Position numbers and translations under genes: made by a program. Source: Hyalangium minutum (lineage in GTDB: Bacteria > Myxococcota > Myxococcia > Myxococcales > Myxococcaceae). Taken from it: DNA of 64,000 nt. Numbering within the stretch: position 1 is the first letter of the stretch; the number at the start of each line of letters is the position of its first letter. Shown here one piece after another: positions 26,242 to 35,641 of this stretch. A model generated the notes under the pieces. The model saw only the letters and a program-made list of their open reading frames with translations, searched no databases and had not been told where the DNA came from. Location: assembly GCF_000737315.1 (NCBI RefSeq), contig NZ_JMCB01000030.1:1-64000 (forward strand), written 5' to 3'.

Positions 26242-28266
26242 ATGAACTCTCGACCCTCCCCCTCGCCTTCGAAGCCTCTCGTGCGCGCCGCCGCGGGAGT
26301 GCTCGTCCTGTCCTGCCTGGCGCTCGCGGGCTACGTGGCCCTCTCCACGCCCCAGCCCGAGGCACCCACCCCAGCGCCCGTCGCGGAGCACAGCTCCGGG
26401 AGGCTCGAGAAGAACGGCGCGGTGGTGGAGCTCTCCGTCACCCACCCTGTGGCCCCGGGAGAAGCGCCTCCGCCGCTCATGGAGGGCGATACGGTGCAGG
26501 TCCGCTTCCGCCTGAGCGATGCCACCAGCCACGAGCCGCTGCGAGGCCTGTCCCCCTCGGCCTGGATGGACCTGGGGCAGGTGCTCGCGGGCAAGCCGCA
26601 AGAGCCGCAGGAGTGCAGGGAGCGCGTGGCGCTCTACCTCAAGGGGCTCCCCGGTATCCGCCCGCTGGTGGACCTCAACAGCTACTACCTGCTGGTGATG
26701 AACCAGGACGCGAGCATCTCGGTCATCGATCCGCTGGTGGGAATGACGGGCAAGACGAGCCTGTATGCCACGGTGCTGCTGGACCGGCCCGGCGCCGACT
26801 GGGTCAAGAGCCGCGATGGGCGGAGGCTCTTCGTCTCGATGCCGCGCGCGGGCCAGGTGGCCGTGGTGGACACCGAGTCCTTCCGGCTCGTGGGGCGGGT
26901 GGAGGCAGGCCCGGAGCCCACGCGAGTGGCCCTGCAACCGGACGGGCGCTACCTCTGGGTGGGGGACGGCCCTCGCGCCGGAGCCAGAAGCGGCGTCACC
27001 GTCATCGCGCTCGAGTCCCTGAAGCCCGTGGCGCGGATTCCCACCGGGCGCGGCCACCACGAGCTCGCCTTCAGCTCGGAGGATCGCTTCGCCTTCGTCA
27101 GCAACCGCGAGTCCGGGACGGTGTCCGTCATCGACATCGCGCAGCTGCGCACGGTGAAGGAGTTGCGAACGGGCCCCCTCCCCATCTCCTTGGCGTACTC
27201 CTCGCTCTCGCAAGCGCTGTACGTGGCGGACGCGAAGGAAGGGACCGTCATCGCCATCGACGGGACGAGCCTGGAGGAGCGGGCCCGGCTCACGGTGCGG
27301 CCGGGCCTGGGGCCCCTGAGGGTGTCACCGGATGGGCGCTGGGCACTGGTGCTCAACCCCACCGAGCGCACGGTGTACGTCATCGACTCCGCGAGCCACC
27401 GGCTGGTGCATACCCTCTCCGTGGACGGGCAGCCCTACCAGCTGAGCTTCACCCGGGGGTTCGCCTACGTGCGGCTGCTGGACTCCGAGCGCGTCCAGAT
27501 GATCAACCTCTCCACCCTGGGCACGGAGTCCAAGCCCGCGGTGCAGAGCTTCGCGGCGGGGACCGTGGCGCCCCAGCTCGCGGGAGACCTGAGCCTGGCC
27601 GATTCGGTGACGCCAGCCTCCACGGAGGCCGCGGTGTTCGTGACCAGCCCGGCGGAGAACACCTCGTACTTCTACATGGAGGGGATGAACGCGCCCATGG
27701 GGAGCTTCGGCAACTATGGGCACGCGGCGCGAGCGGTGACCGTGGTGGACCGCAGCCTGAGGGAGCTGGAACCCGGGCTCTACGCCACGAGCCTCCGGTT
27801 GCCAGCGGCGGGCCGGTATGACGTGGCCTTCCTGCTGGACTCACCGAGGGTGCTGCACTGCTTCAGCCTCGAGGTGAAGGAGAACCCCCAGATGAGGCAG
27901 GCGCTCGGGGGACTCGAGCTCGTGTACCGGGATCTGCCCACGCAGCTTGCGTTGGGAGAGACGCCCCGGCTGCGCTTCCAGGTTTTGGAGGCCGCGACCC
28001 GCGAACCTCTGGCGGGGCTGAGCGATGTGAAGGTACTGACCTACGCCGCTCCTGGAAGGCTGCGCACCGAGGTGCCCGCGGAGGAGGTGGAGGAGGGCCT
28101 CTATGAGGCGAGTCCCTCGCTGCCGAACCCGGGCGCCTACTACGTCTATGTCTCGGTGCCTTCCCGGCAGGTGAATTACGGCGGACTGCCCTACCGGACG
28201 CTCTGGGTGACAGACACGAAGCAGCGCCCATCCCCTCAAGAGGAAATCTCTCATGTCTCTCCATAA
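26242..28266 (+). CDS. YncE/YVTN beta-propeller protein
   Basis: N-terminal TM; repeats GQVAVVD, GTVSVID, GTVIAID, RTVYVID. Confidence 0.82.
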   Translation: MNSRPSPSPSKPLVRAAAGVLVLSCLALAGYVALSTPQPEAPTPAPVAEHSSGRLEKNGAVVELSVTHPVAPGEAPPPLMEGDTVQVRFRLSDATSHEPLRGLSPSAWMDLGQVLAGKPQEPQECRERVALYLKGLPGIRPLVDLNSYYLLVMNQDASISVIDPLVGMTGKTSLYATVLLDRPGADWVKSRDGRRLFVSMPRAGQVAVVDTESFRLVGRVEAGPEPTRVALQPDGRYLWVGDGPRAGARSGVTVIALESLKPVARIPTGRGHHELAFSSEDRFAFVSNRESGTVSVIDIAQLRTVKELRTGPLPISLAYSSLSQALYVADAKEGTVIAIDGTSLEERARLTVRPGLGPLRVSPDGRWALVLNPTERTVYVIDSASHRLVHTLSVDGQPYQLSFTRGFAYVRLLDSERVQMINLSTLGTESKPAVQSFAAGTVAPQLAGDLSLADSVTPASTEAAVFVTSPAENTSYFYMEGMNAPMGSFGNYGHAARAVTVVDRSLRELEPGLYATSLRLPAAGRYDVAFLLDSPRVLHCFSLEVKENPQMRQALGGLELVYRDLPTQLALGETPRLRFQVLEAATREPLAGLSDVKVLTYAAPGRLRTEVPAEEVEEGLYEASPSLPNPGAYYVYVSVPSRQVNYGGLPYRTLWVTDTKQRPSPQEEISHVSP

Positions 28267-29335
28267 CCCTGGAGCGCAGGTGGCTGCGGTGCTCGCGGCC
28301 CTGCTGCTCGTCCTCCCCTCGCGCGTGTTCGCAGCGGACTCGGCGCAAGTGCGGCTCATCGATGCGGAGCTCGTCGACTCGAACGGCGCACCGGCGCGGC
28401 TGAGCAGCCAAGTCATCGGGGACTCGATCGTCGTCATGGACTTCGTCTTCACGACCTGCACGACGATCTGCCCCGTGCTCTCGGCCATCTTCTCGCGCGT
28501 CCAGGGCAAGCTGGGCGAGCGGCTGGGCAAGGAGGTGCGGCTGGTCTCCATCAGCCTGGATCCGGCAAGGGACACGCCAGCACGGCTGAAGGCCTACTCC
28601 GCGAACCATCGGGCGAAGCCGGGCTGGACATGGCTCACCGGAACCCAGGAAGACGTCCGGCAGGTGCTCGAGGGACTGGGGGCCTACACCCCGGCGGTGA
28701 CCCAACACACGCCCATGGTGCTCGTGGGGGATCCGCGCACGGGAAAGTGGGTGAGGCTCAACGGCTTCCCCAATGAGGATCAGATCCTTGCCCAGGTGGA
28801 CGCCTTGGCCAAGGCGCGCCAGGAGGCCCCTGCTTCCGCGTCCGAGAAGAAGGCCCGGGAGTGGTTCACCGACACCCTCCTGGTCACCCAGGAAGGAAAG
28901 CAGGTCCGCTTCTACAGCGACATGCTGAAGGACCGCGTGGTCGTCATCTCCTTCCTGTTCACGCGCTGCACCACGGCGTGTCCGCTGCTGACCGCCCGGC
29001 TCAACCGCATCCGCGAGGAACTCGGCGAGCGCTTCGGCCAGGAGGTGTCCTTCATCACCTTGAGCGTGGACTCCGAGTACGACACGCCCGAGCGGCTCAT
29101 GGAGTTCGCGCGCCGGCACAAGGCCACGCATCCGGGCTGGACCTTTCTCACCGGCAAGAGGGAAGACGTGAACCAGGTGATCACCCGGCTCGGGCAGTAC
29201 GTCGAGAACATCGAGGATCACTCCACGCTGCTCATCGCCGGCAACGAGAAGCAGAGACATTGGATCAAGCTTCCGCCCCAGGCCTCCCCCACCGCGGTCG
29301 CGGAGCGCGTGCGGATGCTGGCGGAGGGCCCTTGA
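28253..29335 (+). CDS. tandem two-domain SCO1/SenC copper chaperone
   Basis: FTTCTTICP..HT and FTRCTTACP..HS in duplicated thioredoxin-like domains. Confidence 0.87.
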   Translation: MSLHNPGAQVAAVLAALLLVLPSRVFAADSAQVRLIDAELVDSNGAPARLSSQVIGDSIVVMDFVFTTCTTICPVLSAIFSRVQGKLGERLGKEVRLVSISLDPARDTPARLKAYSANHRAKPGWTWLTGTQEDVRQVLEGLGAYTPAVTQHTPMVLVGDPRTGKWVRLNGFPNEDQILAQVDALAKARQEAPASASEKKAREWFTDTLLVTQEGKQVRFYSDMLKDRVVVISFLFTRCTTACPLLTARLNRIREELGERFGQEVSFITLSVDSEYDTPERLMEFARRHKATHPGWTFLTGKREDVNQVITRLGQYVENIEDHSTLLIAGNEKQRHWIKLPPQASPTAVAERVRMLAEGP

Positions 29336-30861
29336 GGCACGAGGCTCGGCGGTGGCCCTGGCTGTTCGCGCTGCTGCTCGGTGCCCTGCCTTGGACCACC
29401 GCTGTGGGCGCCCCTCCACTCACGGCCCGGGAGCAGGCGGGCCGGAGGCTCTACTTCCAGGGAGAGAGCGGCTCGGGCACGGAACTCACCGCGACCGTGG
29501 GAGCGGGCGTCCGGCTCCCGGGCTCGGCCCTCCCTTGCGCCAACTGCCACGGGCAGGATGGCCGGGGCCGGGCCGAGGGCGGCGTGACACCGCCCCCCCT
29601 CATCTGGAGCGAGCTCACCAAACCTTACGGCCACCAGCACCCGGCGGGCCGGGGACACCCGGTGCTCGATGAGAAGAGCGTAGCCCGGATCATCTCCGAA
29701 GGGATCGACACGGGTGGCAACCGGTTGGACCCGCTCATGCCGCGCTACGCGATGTCCTCGGAGGACATGACGAACCTGCTGGCATGGCTGAAGCGGCTGG
29801 AGGCCGAACAAGCGCCCGGAGTGACGGACTCGGCGCTGCGGCTGGGCGTGGTGTTGCCCACGCGGGGACAGTTCGGGGCGCTGGGGCAGGCCATGCGCGG
29901 CCTCCTGGAGGCCTACTTCGAGGAAATCAACGCCTCGGGAGGGATTCACGGCCGCAGGCTGGAGCTGGCCGTGGCGGAGTACGACAGCGATCCGAAGGCA
30001 GGGCTGGCCAGCCTGCGGAGCCTGCTCCAGCGGGAGCCCGTCTTCGCGTTGCTCTCCGGCTTTCTTCCAGGCGCGGAAGAGGAATGGGTGCGGCTGGCCG
30101 AGCAGGAGGCCCTGCCGCTCATCGGCCCTCTGACGCTGTCCGCTCGAAAGACGGGCACGTCCCACGCTCACGTCTTCTTTCTGTTCTCGGATCCGGGAGA
30201 ACAGGCGCGAGTCCTCGCGGACGATGCCGCCCAGCGGTTGCCCCTGGCCTCGCCAGAAGTCGCCATCCTCTACCCAGAGGACGAGGCCCTCGCCGAAGCC
30301 GCGCGAGCAGCCCAGGCCCGATTCCAGGCGCGAGGCTGGAGGCAGGTGGAGTTGCTGCAGTACACCCGCGACAGGTTCCCTGCGGCACTCTCCACGGCCC
30401 TGAGACGGAAGCCGCCGGAGCTGGTGCTGTTCCTGGGCGATGGCGCGGAGCTGAAGGCGCTTTTCGGGAAGGCGCGAACACTCGGCTGGGCCCCCTACCT
30501 GTTGCTGCCGGGGAGCCTGTCGGGCCAGGTGGTGGCGTCAGCCCCACCGTCCTTCCAGAACCGCATCTTCCTCACGGTCCACAGCTTGCCCGGGGATGAA
30601 CAGCCCCTGGCCCGTGAAGCGTTTGCCCGGCTCTGCGCCCGCGTCCCTTCCTCGGAGCGATTCCGGATGGAACAAATCTCCGCCTACACGGCGGCAACGG
30701 TCCTCACGGAGGCGCTGCGGCGCTCGGGCAGACTGCTGAGCCGGAACAAGCTGATCGAGCAGTGGGAAGGGCTGTATGCCTTCAAGCCCAGGCTGGTGCC
30801 ACCGTTGAGCTATGGCCCAACCCATGGGTGGGAACCGCGAGCGTCTCTATCGTCACAGTAG
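29332..30861 (+). CDS. cytochrome c fused to type-1 periplasmic binding domain
   Basis: Signal peptide, CANCH, MPRY, then LRLGVVLP...PLIGP; TTG start overlaps the SCO stop codon. Confidence 0.78.
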   Translation: MRHEARRWPWLFALLLGALPWTTAVGAPPLTAREQAGRRLYFQGESGSGTELTATVGAGVRLPGSALPCANCHGQDGRGRAEGGVTPPPLIWSELTKPYGHQHPAGRGHPVLDEKSVARIISEGIDTGGNRLDPLMPRYAMSSEDMTNLLAWLKRLEAEQAPGVTDSALRLGVVLPTRGQFGALGQAMRGLLEAYFEEINASGGIHGRRLELAVAEYDSDPKAGLASLRSLLQREPVFALLSGFLPGAEEEWVRLAEQEALPLIGPLTLSARKTGTSHAHVFFLFSDPGEQARVLADDAAQRLPLASPEVAILYPEDEALAEAARAAQARFQARGWRQVELLQYTRDRFPAALSTALRRKPPELVLFLGDGAELKALFGKARTLGWAPYLLLPGSLSGQVVASAPPSFQNRIFLTVHSLPGDEQPLAREAFARLCARVPSSERFRMEQISAYTAATVLTEALRRSGRLLSRNKLIEQWEGLYAFKPRLVPPLSYGPTHGWEPRASLSSQ

Positions 30862-31074
30862 ATGCGCCAACCCAGAGTCACCGGCCCCGTCACCGGCAGG
30901 GCGATGCTTGCCGAGGGAGGGGCACCCTGCCCCATCCCTCTCGCTGGGAGGGGCCCGGCGTCCCGGCTCGTGGACGCATCCCTGGCCTGGCATGTGCCGT
31001 TGGCGTGCCACATCGTCTCGTGAAGGCCACCGGCAGCCATGGCGTGGCCTTGCACCTCAGGAAGGGAGCGCGCG

Positions 31075-31251
31075 ATGCCTGTCTACGAGTTCTTCTGTCG
31101 CAAGTGCCAAGAGCCCTTTACCGAAATCATGAGCGTCAAGGAGCACGACCAGCGCATGCCAGAGTGCCCGCACTGCCACGGCACGAAGGAGGTAGAGAAG
31201 CGCATCTCCGCTGTGCACGCAGTGACCACCAAGAAGTGGCTAACCTCCTGA
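31075..31251 (+). CDS. FmdB-family zinc-ribbon protein
   Basis: MPVYEFFCRKC...CPHC..VEKRIS; GGAAGGGAG RBS. Confidence 0.85.
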   Translation: MPVYEFFCRKCQEPFTEIMSVKEHDQRMPECPHCHGTKEVEKRISAVHAVTTKKWLTS

Positions 31252-31286
31252 GGCCCTGCCCGCTGGGCGGTAGGCGAGCACCTGGA

Positions 31287-32420
31287 ATGGACGGCCCTGG
31301 TCAGCTGGAGATGATCTCCCTCTTCCTGTGCGGCGACGTGATGACCGGGAGGGGCATCGACCAGGTGCTCCCCCACCCCGTTCCTCCCCAGCTGCATGAG
31401 GAGTATGTGCGGGATGCCCGGGACTATGTCGCGCTGGCGGAGACGCGCAACGGCCCCATTCGCGTGCCCATCGGCTTCGACACCCTCTGGGGAGACGCTC
31501 TCGCCGTGCTGGAGCAAGCCGCGCCGGATGTGCGGCTCATCAACCTGGAGACGAGCATCACCACCAGCGAGGACTGGTGGCCAGACAAGGGCATCCACTA
31601 CCGCATGCACCCGGCGAACGCCGCGTGCCTCACGGCGGCCCGCATCCACTGCTGCGCGCTGGCCAACAACCACGTACTGGACTGGGGCTACCGCGGGCTG
31701 CGCGAGACGCTGACCACCCTCCGGGACCTGGGCATCGCCACCGCAGGGCTGGGCGAGGATCTGGAGGTGGCGCGCAGGCCCGCGGTGCTGGAGGCAGGAG
31801 CCAAGGGCCGGGTCATCGTGTTCTCGTTCGGTGAGCGCGGCAGCGGCATTCCACCCGAATGGGCAGCGGCGGCGGACATGCCAGGCGTGGACTTCCTACC
31901 GGACTTATCCCCCGCCACGGCGCGGCGCATCGGCGAGCGGGTGGCTGCCGTCAAGCGCTCAAGGGACGTCGTCGTCGCCTCCATCCACTGGGGCGGCAAC
32001 TGGGGCTATGAGGTGTCAGGCCAACAGCGGGCATTCGCCCACGCGCTCATCGAAGAAGCGGGGGTGGACCTCATCCATGGCCACTCCTCCCACCACCCTC
32101 GGGGCATCGAGGTCCACCAGGGCCGGCTCATCCTCTACGGCTGCGGGGACTTCCTGAATGACTACGAGGGCATCGAGCGCTACAGGGACTTCCGGCATGA
32201 CTTGGCCCTGATGTACCTGGCGTCGGTGGCCCCGGCGAACGGCCAGCTCGCCAGCCTGCGCATGATTCCCATGCGGCTGCGCCAGCTGAGGCCTCACCGG
32301 GCCTCGCGCCAGGACGCCGAGTGGCTGTGCGGCATCTTGGACCGTGAAAGCCGCCCGCTGGGGACTCGGGTGCGTCTGGAAGACGACGGCGCGCTCGTGC
32401 TCCGCGCGGAGCACGGGTGA
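31287..32420 (+). CDS. CapA-family metallophosphatase-fold protein
   Basis: GDVMTGRG, NLET, LANNHVLDWG, SIHWG, IHGHSSHH, YGCGDF; start could be 31311. Confidence 0.88.
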   Translation: MDGPGQLEMISLFLCGDVMTGRGIDQVLPHPVPPQLHEEYVRDARDYVALAETRNGPIRVPIGFDTLWGDALAVLEQAAPDVRLINLETSITTSEDWWPDKGIHYRMHPANAACLTAARIHCCALANNHVLDWGYRGLRETLTTLRDLGIATAGLGEDLEVARRPAVLEAGAKGRVIVFSFGERGSGIPPEWAAAADMPGVDFLPDLSPATARRIGERVAAVKRSRDVVVASIHWGGNWGYEVSGQQRAFAHALIEEAGVDLIHGHSSHHPRGIEVHQGRLILYGCGDFLNDYEGIERYRDFRHDLALMYLASVAPANGQLASLRMIPMRLRQLRPHRASRQDAEWLCGILDRESRPLGTRVRLEDDGALVLRAEHG

Positions 32421-32425
32421 ACCCG

Positions 32426-32478
32426 CAAAAACAAAAGCCCTGGAGCTTCTGCGGATGTCCGCGAAACCCCAGGGCTTT
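32426..32478 (-). terminator. intrinsic terminator 3' of tRNA-Pro
   Basis: AAAGCCCTGG/CCAGGGCTTT stem with inner GCGGA/TCCGC, followed by TTTTGTTTTTG on the minus strand. Confidence 0.65.
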
Positions 32479-32482
32479 CGAA

Positions 32483-32559
32483 TGGTCGGGGAGACAGGAT
32501 TTGAACCTGCGACCCCTTGGTCCCGAACCAAGTGCTCTACCAGGCTGAGCCACTCCCCG
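32483..32559 (-). tRNA. tRNA-Pro(CGG)
   Basis: 77-nt cloverleaf, anticodon arm CTTGG-TTCGGGA-CCAAG, GGTTCAAATCC T-arm, encoded CCA. Confidence 0.97.
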
Positions 32560-32777
32560 ATATGTCTGCCCCTTCGCCGGTATACGCCTCGGGACCGGAA
32601 CGAAGGTGGCGGCGGATGTACCCGACCCGCCCGGCTGAGTCAACGACTCAGGATCACCTTTTCATCCCCCTCTCAACGCTTGAGAAATTGGGGTCTAGGC
32701 TGACTCATGAGGCGTTGTTACCCCGCCCCCTCTGCCTCCAACCCCTTGGTGTTACTGGGGCGCCCCTCGTCACCCGG

Positions 32778-32794
32778 TGGGAACGCGGTTTGCT
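32778..32794 (+). promoter_or_regulatory. sigma54-like -24/-12 element
   Basis: TGGGAACGCGGTTTGCT, GG-N10-GC; near copy at 63048. Confidence 0.35.
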
Positions 32795-32807
32795 TCGAAC
32801 TTCTCGC

Positions 32808-33203
32808 ATGGCCATGCCCACCATCTTGATCTCCGACGATGAGCCCTTGCTGGTGTCTGCCCTCGCTCGCGAGGGCCGCCGCTCCGGGCTGACCTGCATC
32901 ACCGACACCACCGCCGAGAACGTCCTCGCCCTGGCCCGCGAGCATCACCCCGCCGTCATCATCCTCGACATCTTCCAGCGCCTCGATGGACGCGACCTGC
33001 TCGCCCAGCTCAAGCAGGACCCCGCCACCCGCGACTGCAAGGTCATCATCCTCAGCGCCATCGAGGACCAGCAGATGCGCCACCAGTGCTTCCAGCTCGG
33101 CGCCGATGCCTACGAGGTGAAGCCCTTCGCCGCCACTTTCATGCCCCGCGTCGCCCGGCTCGCCAACGCCGTCACCCAGCAGGCTGTCGCCGCCGCGAGC
33201 TGA
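32808..33203 (+). CDS. single-domain response regulator
   Basis: ILISDDEP, IILDI, VIILS, YEVKPF; start 32808 or 32814. Confidence 0.88.
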   Translation: MAMPTILISDDEPLLVSALAREGRRSGLTCITDTTAENVLALAREHHPAVIILDIFQRLDGRDLLAQLKQDPATRDCKVIILSAIEDQQMRHQCFQLGADAYEVKPFAATFMPRVARLANAVTQQAVAAAS

Positions 33204-33224
33204 GCCCCGCTCCCAGCGAGCCCC

Positions 33225-33893
33225 TCAGCCGCGCTGCCCCTCGGGGCGCAGCGAGCGAATGGCCGCCGCGTAGTCCTTCGCGCCGAACACGTACGAGCCC
33301 GCCACCAGCACCGAGGCCCCTGCCTCCACCACTCGCTGCGCCGTCTGCGCGTTGATCCCCCCGTCCACCTCGATGTCCACGTCCAGCTTGCGCGCGTCCA
33401 ACATCGCCCGCAGCCGACGCACCTTGTCCACCGTGCTCTCGATGAAGCTCTGCCCTCCAAACCCCGGGTTCACGCTCATCAACAGCACCATGTCCACCTC
33501 GCCCAGCACCTCCTCCACCGCCGACAACGGCGTCGACGGGTTGAGCACCACCGAGGGCTTCGCTCCCAGCTGCCGGATGTGCTGCAGCGTCCGGTGCAAG
33601 TGGGGGCTCACCTCCACGTGCACCGTCAGCACGTCCGCCCCCGCCTTCACGAACGCCTCCACGTACTTCTCCGGCTCCACAATCATCAGGTGCACGTCCA
33701 GCGGCCGGGTCGCCGCCCGCTTGATGGCCTCCACCACCACCGGGCCCAGGGTGATGTTCGGCACGAACCGGCCATCCATGACATCCACGTGAATCCAATC
33801 GGCGCCCGCAGCCTCCACGGCGCGGACTTCCTCCGCCAGACGGCCGAAATCACAGGAGAGCAGTGAAGGAGAGATGCGGACAGGGCGGCTCAT
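33225..33893 (-). CDS. rpe: ribulose-phosphate 3-epimerase
   Basis: [39 protein letters not shown]. Confidence 0.97.
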   Translation of the reverse strand: MSRPVRISPSLLSCDFGRLAEEVRAVEAAGADWIHVDVMDGRFVPNITLGPVVVEAIKRAATRPLDVHLMIVEPEKYVEAFVKAGADVLTVHVEVSPHLHRTLQHIRQLGAKPSVVLNPSTPLSAVEEVLGEVDMVLLMSVNPGFGGQSFIESTVDKVRRLRAMLDARKLDVDIEVDGGINAQTAQRVVEAGASVLVAGSYVFGAKDYAAAIRSLRPEGQRG

Positions 33894-34071
33894 AGATGGC
33901 CCGCTTCATAACCGCTCCGGGTTTCCTGCGGTACCAGACATTCCCGCGATGCACGCCGGAAGTCGCCTTGCTATCCAACCTGGGAGGCAGCCAGGCAGGC
34001 CGGTGCCTCACTCATCGTGCTAGAACGAAGCGCCTTTCGGGTCCAGCCCTTTACTCCGGAGCCTCTTCCCG

Positions 34072-35577
34072 GTGATCTATCCGTCCGACGAAACCGCGCT
34101 CACCCGCCGTCTCCAGAAGCTCACGTCCATCCTGGACGTGACCAAGGCGATGAGCGCCGAGCGCGATCTGGATCTGCTGCTGCCGCTCATCCTCTTCGAG
34201 GCCTCCAAGGTCGTCGAGGCGGATCGGTGCTCGCTCTTCATCCTGGATCGCGAGCGCAACGAGCTGTGGAGCAAGGTCGCCCAGGGCGCCAAGAAGGAGA
34301 TCCGCCTCCCGGTGGGCAGCGGCATCGCCGGCCAGGTGGCCGCCACCGGCTCCCCCATCAACATCCCGGATGCCTACGCGGATGAGCGCTTCAACCGCTC
34401 GTTCGACACCTCCAGCGGCTACCGCACCCAGACCATCCTCTGCGTGCCCATGCGCGACGCCACCGGCGAAGTCACCGGCGTCATCCAAGCCCTCAACAAG
34501 CGCGGTGGCCGCATCTTCGACGCCGAGGACGAGGAGCTGCTGCTGGCCCTGGGCGCCCAGGCCGCCGGCGCCATCGAGAACGCCCTGCTCCACGAGGAGA
34601 TCAACAAGCTCTTCGAGGGCTTCGTCTCCGCCTCCGTCGTCGCCATCGAAGCGCGCGACCCGACCACCGCGGGCCATTCCGGCCGCGTGGCGGACCTCAC
34701 GGTGGGGCTCGCCGAGGCGCTGGAGCACGTCGCCACGGGCAGCTACGCCATGACGCGCTTCACCCCCACGGAGCTCCAGGAGCTGCGCTACGCCTCGCTC
34801 CTGCACGACTTCGGCAAGGTGGGCGTGCGCGAGCCGGTGCTCGTCAAGGCCGAGAAGCTCTACCCCCACGAGATGGAGATGCTGCGCTCGCGCTTCCAGC
34901 TCGCGCGCAAGGACTTGCAGCTCCAGAGCTACAAGCGCCGGCTGGCCACCGTGAAGCTGCGCGGCGAGAAGGCCATCCCCGAGATCGACGGCGAGGAGGA
35001 GGCCCGCCTCACCGAGGAGCTCAAGCGCCTCGACGAGGTGTTCGAGTTTCTCCTCACCTGCAACCGCCCCACCGTGCTGGCCCAGGGCGGCTTCGAGCGC
35101 CTCAGCGAGCTGCGCAAGCTCTCCTTCACGGACTCGCGAGACCAGGTGCAGCCGCTGCTGCTCGAGAACGAGATCCGCTCGCTCTCCATCGCCCGGGGCA
35201 CGCTGTCGCCCGAGGAGCGCAAGGAGATCGAGAGCCACGTCGAGCACACCTACCGCTTCCTCTCGCAGATCCCCTGGACGCGCACCCTGCGCCGCGTCCC
35301 AGAGATCGCCTACGCGCACCACGAGAAGCTCGACGGCACCGGCTACCCGCGCGCCATCCCCTCGAAGACCATCCCCGTGCAGTCCAAGATGATGGCCATC
35401 TCGGACATCTTCGACGCGCTCACCGCGTCCGACCGGCCCTACAAGAAGGCCGTGCCCTACACCCTCGCGGTCGACATCCTCAAGAAGGAAGCCTCGGCAG
35501 GCCAGCTCGACAACGAGCTGCTCACCGTCTTCATCGAGGCGGAGGTCCCCAAGAAGGTCCTGGGAACCTTCAAGTAG
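34072..35577 (+). CDS. GAF + HD-GYP cyclic dinucleotide phosphodiesterase
   Basis: GAF (NIPDAYADERFN, GVIQALNK); GHSGRV, LHDFGK, HHEKLDGTGYP. Confidence 0.9.
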   Translation: MIYPSDETALTRRLQKLTSILDVTKAMSAERDLDLLLPLILFEASKVVEADRCSLFILDRERNELWSKVAQGAKKEIRLPVGSGIAGQVAATGSPINIPDAYADERFNRSFDTSSGYRTQTILCVPMRDATGEVTGVIQALNKRGGRIFDAEDEELLLALGAQAAGAIENALLHEEINKLFEGFVSASVVAIEARDPTTAGHSGRVADLTVGLAEALEHVATGSYAMTRFTPTELQELRYASLLHDFGKVGVREPVLVKAEKLYPHEMEMLRSRFQLARKDLQLQSYKRRLATVKLRGEKAIPEIDGEEEARLTEELKRLDEVFEFLLTCNRPTVLAQGGFERLSELRKLSFTDSRDQVQPLLLENEIRSLSIARGTLSPEERKEIESHVEHTYRFLSQIPWTRTLRRVPEIAYAHHEKLDGTGYPRAIPSKTIPVQSKMMAISDIFDALTASDRPYKKAVPYTLAVDILKKEASAGQLDNELLTVFIEAEVPKKVLGTFK

Positions 35578-35607
35578 ACGTCCCGCCCGACTCCTCGGGC
35601 GGGCGTC
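35577..35607. terminator. hairpin between convergent HD-GYP gene and pyk
   Basis: CCCGCCCGA-CTCC-TCGGGCGGG. Confidence 0.5.
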
Positions 35608-35641
35608 CTCTCGGCGCCTGGCGTAGCGCCAGGCTCCAGGC

